IMG/VR virus record: IMGVR_UViG_3300036985_007703
Span: 64,001-128,000 of that record
DNA length: 64,000 nucleotides
Strand: one strand, 5' to 3'
From: a virus
The notes under the pieces: model-generated
Told to the model about the DNA's origin: nothing
What the model saw: the letters and a program-made list of their open reading frames with translations, nothing else
The model's database searches: none
Part shown: positions 38,168-45,477 of the stretch, piece after piece
How positions within the stretch are numbered: position 1 is the stretch's first letter
Layout of the letters: every line of letters starts with the position of its first letter
Translations under genes and position numbers: made by a program

Positions 38168-38971
38168 CTACTTCTTCGCCTTCGCCCGCCGCGCCAAGAC
38201 GCCCTTCATCCCCTTCTTGGCCGACTTGCGGAACTTCCCGCTCTTCTTCGTCCAGCCGGGCCGCGCCGGGGACCCGCCCCAGGGCCCGCTCCCATCCTGC
38301 GGGTAGAACACGTGCTTGCCCCCCACGGTGCGCCACACGCCCTTCTTGCCCGGAGGCTTCACGTTCCACACCTTGCCGCCCTTGCCGCTCGGCGTCGTGC
38401 TCCACCCCGGCGTCTTGTACTCCGCGAGGATGCCCGTCAGGGCCTCGCTCAGGCACCGCCCCCCGTAGGTGCGGGCCTCGTGCTTCTTCTTGCCCCGCCC
38501 AATGCCGGGGAGCCCGAGCTGGCCCTTCTGCGGCATCACGCCGCGGGCCGCGCGGAACTTCCCGCCCTTGCCCGCCCAGCCCGGCCGGAACGGCGCGCCG
38601 CCCCAGGGGCCCTCGGGGACGTCCCCGCCCGGCTTGTCCGGGAAGAAGAGGCGCTTGCCGTTGACCGTCACCCACCGCCCGTCGACCGCGCCCTTGGGCC
38701 CCGGCATCGTGGCCTCGCCCCCGGCGCTCTTGCCGCTAGGGGCATCGCGGTCCTGCGCCATCTTCTTGCGCCGCAGCTGGCCCATCGGCGTGCTGTGGTA
38801 GTCGCCGACGGAGGGCGCGAGGGCCCGGTGCGCCGCCGCCCGCTTGCGGAACTCCGCGACCGGCACGCCCGCCGTCGTGCTCTGGTGCGCTGGCGCCTTG
38901 GCCTTGGCCGCCTTGCGCGCCTCGACCACCATCCCCCGCAAGCCCTCGATCAGCTGTCGCACTGTCCGCAT
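38168..38971 (-). CDS. Basic protein with leader and duplicated W.TV.GK module
   Basis: Leader MRTVRQLIEGLRGMVVE|A; two G.W.TV.GK..F.P....GPWGG.P.RPGW..K.GKFR units. Confidence 0.7.
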   Translation of the reverse strand: MRTVRQLIEGLRGMVVEARKAAKAKAPAHQSTTAGVPVAEFRKRAAAHRALAPSVGDYHSTPMGQLRRKKMAQDRDAPSGKSAGGEATMPGPKGAVDGRWVTVNGKRLFFPDKPGGDVPEGPWGGAPFRPGWAGKGGKFRAARGVMPQKGQLGLPGIGRGKKKHEARTYGGRCLSEALTGILAEYKTPGWSTTPSGKGGKVWNVKPPGKKGVWRTVGGKHVFYPQDGSGPWGGSPARPGWTKKSGKFRKSAKKGMKGVLARRAKAKK

Positions 38972-38983
38972 GGGGTCCTCCGT

Positions 38984-39280
38984 TCAATACTCGCTGTGGA
39001 TCTTATCGAAGTACACGATCTGGGAGTTGTTGCGCCCATCACGGCGCCGTTCTCCGGGTAATCCCATAAAGATCCGCACAAAGGCCCTGCCCGTCTTGGT
39101 CAGCGCCGCCGCCGTTTCAAGCTGCCGCTTTACGACCCCATCCTCGCCCATGACCAAGATCGTGTCGCCAGGCTCGTACTTCTTGTTGAACGCCGCCACA
39201 TCCTCCGCGTCCTCCGCGTTGCCCCGGATTGTGGCCTCCGCCAGCTGCCTAATCAGATCGCGCATCGTCCGCATGGTCAT
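38984..39280 (-). CDS. Small protein with leader
   Basis: MRTMRDLIRQLAE|A; RBS GAGGAG. Confidence 0.7.
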   Translation of the reverse strand: MTMRTMRDLIRQLAEATIRGNAEDAEDVAAFNKKYEPGDTILVMGEDGVVKRQLETAAALTKTGRAFVRIFMGLPGERRRDGRNNSQIVYFDKIHSEY

Positions 39281-39341
39281 CGCTCCTCGCGTCGGTCGTC
39301 CTCGTCTCGTTATAGCGCGCGCACCCGCCCCCGTCGCGCTT

Positions 39342-40007
39342 TTAGCCGCATCGCCCCATCACAAATTCCAACGGGTATCTCCCATCGGCGTGGTTCGCGA
39401 AGTCCCGGTGCGCGACCACGCCGGGCCCCGGAACCGCCGCCGGCCGCCGGTCCCAGCCGGGGATCTTCCGCAGCTTGGGCCCCAGCCCCGCCGTGGGGAA
39501 CGCCACCGGGATGCCCAGCGCCCCGCAGAGCCACGGCACCAGCGCCTTGAGCACCATGAGCTGCGTCGGCGTCGGCAGCACGTAGGCCTTGACCCCGCCC
39601 GCCGGCACCCACGTCCACCACTCCGCCGGGATCGTTGCCCCAAACGGCTTGCGCGCGTAGGCCGGCGCGTACGGATTGCATACCTCGATCCCGAGGCTCG
39701 TCGGGTTCACCTGGTTCGCGTGGACCATCACGGCCGCCCCGAGGTCCCCGTGGCAGCTCAGGCGCCCATCCGGCCCCAGGATGAGCTGGACGCCGTACCC
39801 CTTGCGGATCAGGGTGTCCTTGCACCCGCTCGCCGTGTTCCCGCAGGTCTCGTGCAGCACGAAGTGCTGGAGGGGCCGCACGCGGGCCTTGGCCTTGAAC
39901 GCGGGCTCCCCGTCGTCCAGGTAGTTCGCCGCGCTGCCCCCCGCCGCGCGCACGGCGTCCGGCAACGGCACGCGCGCCCCGAAGATGATCACCGCGTTCG
40001 ACGGCAT
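39342..40007 (-). CDS. N-acetylmuramoyl-L-alanine amidase (Amidase_2-like), probable endolysin
   Basis: FVLHET, HA...N..SLGIEV.N, PT..Q...L..L and VVAHRDF motifs of Zn-amidases. Confidence 0.8.
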   Translation of the reverse strand: MPSNAVIIFGARVPLPDAVRAAGGSAANYLDDGEPAFKAKARVRPLQHFVLHETCGNTASGCKDTLIRKGYGVQLILGPDGRLSCHGDLGAAVMVHANQVNPTSLGIEVCNPYAPAYARKPFGATIPAEWWTWVPAGGVKAYVLPTPTQLMVLKALVPWLCGALGIPVAFPTAGLGPKLRKIPGWDRRPAAVPGPGVVAHRDFANHADGRYPLEFVMGRCG

Positions 40008-40673
40008 CTAGCGCCCCCGTCCCATGCGCTGGAACTTCTCCTCGCGGTCCGCCTCGGCCCACCCCTCGGGGTGCCGCTTGAGGTACTGCGTGACGTATAC
40101 CCGCGCCTTCGTCAGCATCTCGTCGATGGTCCTCCCATAGAGAGGGACGACCTGCGCCGCATCGCCAGTGGCGTTGTACGGCGACTCGTCATCATAGATA
40201 GACAGTTCCCACTCCTCTGCCGTGCGCCCCGGCAAGGCCTCAACATGCACCCCCGGCCGCGGCTCCGAGCGGAACCCCTTGCCCGTGCGCTGCGCCTGGA
40301 ACGTCACGACCCCCTCGGTCATGGCCCGCATGCCCCGCCCGGTCGCCTCGCGCACGGCCCGCCCCTTCTGCCCCAGGTACTTCAGGGTCACCTCGATCGC
40401 GGCCTCCTCGGCCTCGTCCTGCGTGAGCCCCTTCGCGAAGGCATGCCCGCCTACGATGCCGTCGGGGCTGTCCTCCGCGTCCACATCATCGAGGATCGTC
40501 GCGTGCCAACGGTCCGTCTGTGCGTAGTGCTCCAGCTCCACGCTGACCGTCTTCGTGGGCTTCGCCACCAGCTTCACGTCCGGGCCAAAGCTCGCGTTGC
40601 CCAGCTTTTCCGGCTTGAAGATGAACCGATAGCGCCCCGTGAGGCGCTCTAGCAACATGCGCATGGTGCCCAT
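40008..40673 (-). CDS. Two-module protein with leader
   Basis: Start reassigned (MGTMRMLLERL); internal VRE|ATGRGMRAMTE|G linker. Confidence 0.65.
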   Translation of the reverse strand: MGTMRMLLERLTGRYRFIFKPEKLGNASFGPDVKLVAKPTKTVSVELEHYAQTDRWHATILDDVDAEDSPDGIVGGHAFAKGLTQDEAEEAAIEVTLKYLGQKGRAVREATGRGMRAMTEGVVTFQAQRTGKGFRSEPRPGVHVEALPGRTAEEWELSIYDDESPYNATGDAAQVVPLYGRTIDEMLTKARVYVTQYLKRHPEGWAEADREEKFQRMGRGR

Positions 40674-40675
40674 GG

Positions 40676-41248
40676 TCACGCCCCTTCGATCCGCTGCGCG
40701 GCGACCACCTGCTCCTCGGCCGTCTCCAGATCGCCCGCCCGCAACGCCTTGAGCGCCACGAGGGCCGCCCCCTGCGCCTTGGGGCTCCACTCAGCCATCC
40801 AGTTGTCCCCCGCGGCCACGTGCCCATGGAACTTCCGCATCGCGTTGAGCGCCTTAGCGTCCGCCGCCGTGAGGACCCATGCCTTATCCGCTGGCCCCAT
40901 CCGGCCGCCCCACTTATTCCCCTCTGCCTCAATCATCGCGCGCATGCCAGCATAGTCCTGGCTCTCGCCGAAGGCCCGCGCAAGCCCCTTTGAGGAGTGC
41001 CGCTGGGCCGCGGGGACCTTCACCAAGATCCCCTTGGGGGACCGCATGACCTTGAACTTCGGCTTTTCCGCTGCAGCCTGCCGCTTGATCCGCTTGCGCA
41101 TGCCCTTGCTGGTCTTTACCCACTTGCCAAAGACCATCTTCTCGTCTGCGCCATGCTGCGCCAGCTCCTCGGGCGCGTGCTTCTGCGCCACGTCCCGCAG
41201 GGTCATGGCCTCTTGGAGATCCTCGATCAATCGCCTCATGCTTCGCAT
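40676..41248 (-). CDS. Two-module protein with leader
   Basis: MRSMRRLIEDLQE|A, RBS AGGAG; internal FGE|SQDYAGMRAMIE|A linker. Confidence 0.7.
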   Translation of the reverse strand: MRSMRRLIEDLQEAMTLRDVAQKHAPEELAQHGADEKMVFGKWVKTSKGMRKRIKRQAAAEKPKFKVMRSPKGILVKVPAAQRHSSKGLARAFGESQDYAGMRAMIEAEGNKWGGRMGPADKAWVLTAADAKALNAMRKFHGHVAAGDNWMAEWSPKAQGAALVALKALRAGDLETAEEQVVAAQRIEGA

Positions 41249-41261
41249 CGTCGTCTCCTGC

Positions 41262-41717
41262 TCACACGGCCTTGAGGCCGCTCGCAAAGGCGCGGTCCCG
41301 CGCCGGTTGTACCCGCTCCGTCCGGTAGGCCCGGTTGAGGCTCTTGCGGATCACGCTCCGGTCCACGCTGCGCCCCACGTCCGCGAGGGCCGCGCGCATC
41401 CGGCCGTCGTCCGCCAGGGCCTCCGCGTCCCGCAGGCGCCAGCGCGCCGTCCACCAGTAGCCCAGGGGGCTGCGCGTCCACCGCAGGAGGACCCACGGGG
41501 TCCCGCCCGCCCAGCGGGGGGCCCGCACCGTGAGGCGCACCTCGCCCCCGCCCAGGCGCCCCCGGATCGGGGCCCGCAGCCGCCCCTGCACCCAGCCCGC
41601 CGTGCGCTCCAGGGGCGCCGTCCACCGCGCAGGCGCATTGGGCCGCACACGCCCCCCGTGCGTCAGCACGGTCAGCACGTGGTCCAGGGCCAGCTGCACG
41701 GCGTCATCGGGGGTCAT
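41262..41717 (-). CDS. Arg/Trp-rich hypothetical protein
   Basis: ATGA overlap with the upstream gene; fills the gap. Confidence 0.55.
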   Translation of the reverse strand: MTPDDAVQLALDHVLTVLTHGGRVRPNAPARWTAPLERTAGWVQGRLRAPIRGRLGGGEVRLTVRAPRWAGGTPWVLLRWTRSPLGYWWTARWRLRDAEALADDGRMRAALADVGRSVDRSVIRKSLNRAYRTERVQPARDRAFASGLKAV

Positions 41718-42118
41718 CGGCGGCGCTTGTCCCGCATGCTATCCGGTGGCCAGTCCATGCGATCCGCCGGGTCGCTCGGCTGCTTGGGCTCCTCATGGCG
41801 CACGTCCACCGTGAGGCCGTCGCGCCCCGGCAGCGTGATGCGCTTGCCCAGCTTCCCGGCCAGCATCTTCTGGACCTTGGCCGCGGGGACGTCCGCGCGC
41901 TCCAGCGCGGCGCGGAGGTCATCCTCGTCTACCGGCCACTGCTCGATGGCGCCCTCGCTGACATCGTAGATCTCCTCGTCGCTCAGGTCGGCCACCCACC
42001 CCTCGTCCGGGTCCAGCACGAAGGCCGTGACCTTGACCCGCGTGTGGCTCGTGACCGTCTCCATGCGCCCCGCGCGCCCCTCGACCAGCGCCCGCAGGCG
42101 GCTGCTCAGCGTGCCCAT
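41714..42118 (-). CDS. Acidic small protein with leader
   Basis: MGTLSSRLRALVE|G; RBS AAGGAGG. Confidence 0.7.
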   Translation of the reverse strand: MGTLSSRLRALVEGRAGRMETVTSHTRVKVTAFVLDPDEGWVADLSDEEIYDVSEGAIEQWPVDEDDLRAALERADVPAAKVQKMLAGKLGKRITLPGRDGLTVDVRHEEPKQPSDPADRMDWPPDSMRDKRRR

Positions 42119-42131
42119 CGTCGCCTCCTTG

Positions 42132-42740
42132 CTACATCCCGCGGCGGTCGCCCGCTGCGTTCTTGCCCGCCGTCGTCAGGCTCAGCGCCCCCGCCTTGTT
42201 CTTAGCCAACATCTTCTTGGCCACCAGGGCATCGATCTCGTCCGAGGTCACCTTGTTGTCCGCCAACAGCTCCTTCCGGTACGCCGACGTGAAGCCCATC
42301 ATGGCCAGGATGCGCGCCTCGCGCTCCGTCACGTCCGCGTTGCCCGGCAGCAGGGGCGCCAGCGCGCTCGGGTGCACGTAGATGCTCGCCGAGGTCCCGT
42401 GGTAGCCCGTGGTCCCCACGATCGCCGCCCCGTCCGGCGGCAAGGGATAGCGCTCCTGCACGGTGTCGATCGACCGGCTCGTAAACATGTTGGCCCCGCC
42501 CCAGGAGCCCTCGGAGGCCTTGTAAACCCCGGTCGCCAGGTTGACGACCACAGCAAAGCCCTTCTGGCCGTCCCCCGCGTAGGGGTTCAGGTCGACATCC
42601 GTGCGCGCCGACACGTGGATGTCCCGGCGCCCGTAGCCCACGCTCTTCAGGGCCTTCTGCAGGGGCGCCGGCAGCTCCTTCACCGCCACCGCCGTGCCGC
42701 CGCTAAGCCCCTCTTCCAGTCGCTCCAACAACGCTCTCAT
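42132..42740 (-). CDS. Hypothetical protein with leader
   Basis: Start reassigned to ATG 42740 (RBS GAGGA; MRALLERLEE|G); globular-looking body. Confidence 0.7.
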   Translation of the reverse strand: MRALLERLEEGLSGGTAVAVKELPAPLQKALKSVGYGRRDIHVSARTDVDLNPYAGDGQKGFAVVVNLATGVYKASEGSWGGANMFTSRSIDTVQERYPLPPDGAAIVGTTGYHGTSASIYVHPSALAPLLPGNADVTEREARILAMMGFTSAYRKELLADNKVTSDEIDALVAKKMLAKNKAGALSLTTAGKNAAGDRRGM

Positions 42741-42973
42741 GGCTTCCTCACCACGCGGTCCATCCGGCCGCGCCGCTCCAGCTCCGCCAGCATCTCGTCC
42801 TTCGCCGCCCCCACCCAGACCTGGCCCGTGCTCGGCGACCACAGGATCTCCTCGCCCGCCGCGTAGGCCCCGCCGATCCCCGTGCCCGCGCGGGGCGCCG
42901 GTTTTAGCTCCATGGGCAGGCCCTCGCGGCGGACCCGGAAACCCTCCTCCAAGCGGGTCAGCAGGGCGCGCAT
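42737..42973 (-). CDS. Small protein with leader, paralog of 42979..43245
   Basis: MRALLTRLEE|G; AGT...G.AY..GEE.L..P......GA.KD shared with the neighbour. Confidence 0.65.
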   Translation of the reverse strand: MRALLTRLEEGFRVRREGLPMELKPAPRAGTGIGGAYAAGEEILWSPSTGQVWVGAAKDEMLAELERRGRMDRVVRKP

Positions 42974-42978
42974 CGCCC

Positions 42979-43245
42979 TCAGTAGCCCCCGCCCATGAAG
43001 GCCTCGTCGTCCCGCGCCGCCTGGAACTCGCGCCACGCCTTGTCCTTGTTGGCGCCCGCCAGGATGAGCTTGTCGTTGGGGTAGTAGAGGACCTCCTCGC
43101 CCTTCTTGTAGGCCAGGCCCTTGGCATCGGTCCCCGCGGCCTTCGCCTTCATCAGGTAGGGGTCACGCCCGCGCCCGCCGCTGCGCCCCCCCCACTCCAC
43201 GATCGTCCGCAGGTCCGCCGCCAAGGCCCGTAGGTTCCGTGCCAT
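42979..43245 (-). CDS. Small protein with leader
   Basis: MARNLRALAADLRTIVE; RBS AAGGAG right after palindrome copy 6. Confidence 0.65.
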   Translation of the reverse strand: MARNLRALAADLRTIVEWGGRSGGRGRDPYLMKAKAAGTDAKGLAYKKGEEVLYYPNDKLILAGANKDKAWREFQAARDDEAFMGGGY

Positions 43246-43257
43246 CGTCATCGCTCC

Positions 43258-43277
43258 TTGCGCATGCGCATACGCAG
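43258..43277. promoter_or_regulatory. Conserved 20-bp palindrome, copy 6
   Basis: TTGCGCATGCGCATACGCAG; on the minus strand its last AA forms part of the AAGGAG RBS. Confidence 0.72.
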
Positions 43278-43285
43278 CGCCGTTG

Positions 43286-43717
43286 TCACTTGTCCTCGAC
43301 CAGCAGCCCCGGCTTGGGGCCGTCGACCACCGTGCGGTCCGCCGAGGGGCTGTCCTCACGGTCGGCCGCCTCCTGGTCCGCCACGTCCATGGCGCTCGTG
43401 TCCGCCCACTGGGGCTGCGCCGCATCGGGGTCCCCCGCCGGCGCCGCCACCGGCGCCCGGCTGAGGGCCGCCGTGACCGCCATGGCCACGGCCTCGCCCT
43501 GCTTGGCCGCCCGGCGCACCGCGATGGCCGCGCCCTGTTGCCCGTGGTCCGCGATGCCCTGCGCGAGGAGCCACGCCCCGACGAGCCCAAGGACCGTCAG
43601 CATGGTCTCCTCGTCGATGCGCTTTCCCGTCAGCGCGTTGGTCAGGTACGCCGCCACGCTGATGAGCATCACGATCAACTTCCGGCTCTCGATCTTCAGC
43701 TTCGCCAGCCACGTCAT
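43286..43717 (-). CDS. Putative holin
   Basis: N-terminal SRK followed by two hydrophobic helices and a charged tail; an amidase gene lies ~3 kb downstream. Confidence 0.55.
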   Translation of the reverse strand: MTWLAKLKIESRKLIVMLISVAAYLTNALTGKRIDEETMLTVLGLVGAWLLAQGIADHGQQGAAIAVRRAAKQGEAVAMAVTAALSRAPVAAPAGDPDAAQPQWADTSAMDVADQEAADREDSPSADRTVVDGPKPGLLVEDK

Positions 43718-43725
43718 GGATCACC

Positions 43726-44382
43726 TCACGCAGTCTTGACCAACGCCGCGATGCCCAACCCGATGGGCGCCGCTGCCGCCATCATATCCGACTTGCTGGC
43801 CCCCAGCACGATCTCCTCGATCGCGTGGGGCTGCAGCTCCAGCTCCATCATGCTCACCTCGGCGCTGTTCGCGTCGAAGTCCGTCCCCGCCTTGTACCGC
43901 GTGGGGAGGCAGTCCCAGAGGACCCAGACGCGCCCCGGCACGAACGAGGCGCCCTCCCAGGTCTCCAGGGGGGCCGGGAGGTCGAGGTTGTAGCCCCCCG
44001 CCTCCTGGAAGGCGTTCACGCCCGTGTAGTGGATGAGGAGCAGGGTGCGCTGCACCATGTCGGAGCCGCGCATCGCCCGCTTCACCCAGTCGTACAGCGT
44101 GTCGTCGTTCATGCGGGCCCCGCGCGTCAGCGAGATCGGCCCGCAGCCGCCCCCCTCGTAGGCCACCGTGGTCCACATGGAGTTGAGCTGCTTGATCTCC
44201 CGCGTCTGCAGGGTGATCTCCGGGGCCGTGATGCTCGCGAACCCGTACATGGGCGAGCCCAACACGAAGAAGGGGAAGGTCGTCGAGGGGATCAGGTCCA
44301 GCAGCCAGAAGCGGTGCGCCTGCAGCAGGTCGAACATGCGACTCTTGCTGACCGCCTTGAGCGTGTTCCGCACATCGACCAC
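43726..44382 (-). CDS. Tail tube-family protein (tube initiator, gp19/gp54-like)
   Basis: F.SITAPEI, ISL.RG.....LYDW, CLP.RYK...DFDA.S.EVS..ELEL; paralogous to the adjacent tube gene. Confidence 0.85.
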   Translation of the reverse strand: MVDVRNTLKAVSKSRMFDLLQAHRFWLLDLIPSTTFPFFVLGSPMYGFASITAPEITLQTREIKQLNSMWTTVAYEGGGCGPISLTRGARMNDDTLYDWVKRAMRGSDMVQRTLLLIHYTGVNAFQEAGGYNLDLPAPLETWEGASFVPGRVWVLWDCLPTRYKAGTDFDANSAEVSMMELELQPHAIEEIVLGASKSDMMAAAAPIGLGIAALVKTA

Positions 44383-44430
44383 TGCCTACCTCATGGCCCC
44401 GCGCCCCCCGCCGCGGGGAGGCCGCAGGGA

Positions 44431-44949
44431 TCAGACCGTCTCACCGTTGATCTTCAGCTCGACCGACTCGACCGCGAGGCCGAACTCGGCGATCGACACG
44501 TCGCCGCTCGTCGCGTCCATGTCCGCCGCGAGCTTCACGCGGATCGGCACGCACTCCCGGCAGATGTACTCGCGCGTCGCGCCGCTGGCCGCCACGAGGT
44601 TGGCGCCGAAGGCGTCCTCGCGGCTGAAGTGCAGGATCTGGAGGTCGGCGCGGTACTCGCCGCCCTTCGCCGCGCTCTGGCCCCAGCGCCAGAAGTCGCT
44701 ATCCAGGGCCGTGATGCCGCGGGTCAGGGTGACCTCGCTGAACGTCGGGATGCCGCTGAGCTTCTTCGTGAAGATCGTCGTGCCCTCACGGTACTCCACG
44801 GCGTCCATCGTCAGCTCGGGGATGCTCAGCGTGTTGAAGCCCGCCTGGACCTTGAACACGTCCCCCTGCGACCCGATGGGCGAGCCGTCGATGACCCGCG
44901 CGTGGTAGCGGAAATTCTGAAAGAAGTCGGTCGTGATTGCCCGTGCCAT
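44431..44949 (-). CDS. Tail tube protein (T4 gp19-like)
   Basis: NFRY, AGF..LS.PE....VEYREG....KL.G...F..VTL.RG.....F..W, C.P......+DA...DV.I.E..L.VE. Confidence 0.92.
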   Translation of the reverse strand: MARAITTDFFQNFRYHARVIDGSPIGSQGDVFKVQAGFNTLSIPELTMDAVEYREGTTIFTKKLSGIPTFSEVTLTRGITALDSDFWRWGQSAAKGGEYRADLQILHFSREDAFGANLVAASGATREYICRECVPIRVKLAADMDATSGDVSIAEFGLAVESVELKINGETV

Positions 44950-44980
44950 ATCTGCTCCTTTTGTCCTTCTAGCCCGGCCC

Positions 44981-45436
44981 TCAGCCCGGCAGCGTTTCCG
45001 TCCCGATGACGCCCGGCAGCGTCTGCGGCCAGCCCCTGAACGCGCACACCACCACGCGCCCCAGCGCGGTGCAGGCGAGCGAACTCTCCACCTTGAGCTT
45101 CCACCCCGGCGGCACGAGGACCCCGTTGCTGCCGAAGCGCAAGGAGCCCGTCCCCGCCGCGAGGCTCTCGACCTTGTAGACGTTGTTGGTGCCGTCCACG
45201 AGGCTCACCGTGATCGTCGGGGATCCCCCCGTGGGGAGGTTCCACGCCACGTACTCCACCCGCATGCCGACGCGCGCGTGGGCCGGGAAGAGCCCACCCT
45301 TGGTCCCCGCCGTGAAGACCTGGATGCGCCCGCGCTCGATCGTCTCCTCCGAGCTGACGCCATCCGTGGCCGTCCCATCGATGTGGCCCGAGGTCGCCAC
45401 CTCATGGATTTTCATCACCGCAAATACATCCGTCAT
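44981..45436 (-). CDS. Beta-rich hypothetical virion protein between sheath and tube
   Basis: 151 aa; RBS GAGGAGG. Confidence 0.6.
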   Translation of the reverse strand: MTDVFAVMKIHEVATSGHIDGTATDGVSSEETIERGRIQVFTAGTKGGLFPAHARVGMRVEYVAWNLPTGGSPTITVSLVDGTNNVYKVESLAAGTGSLRFGSNGVLVPPGWKLKVESSLACTALGRVVVCAFRGWPQTLPGVIGTETLPG

Positions 45437-45477
45437 CGCCGCCTCCTCTGGCTGCGCCTACCGCCCGCCGCGCTCGC

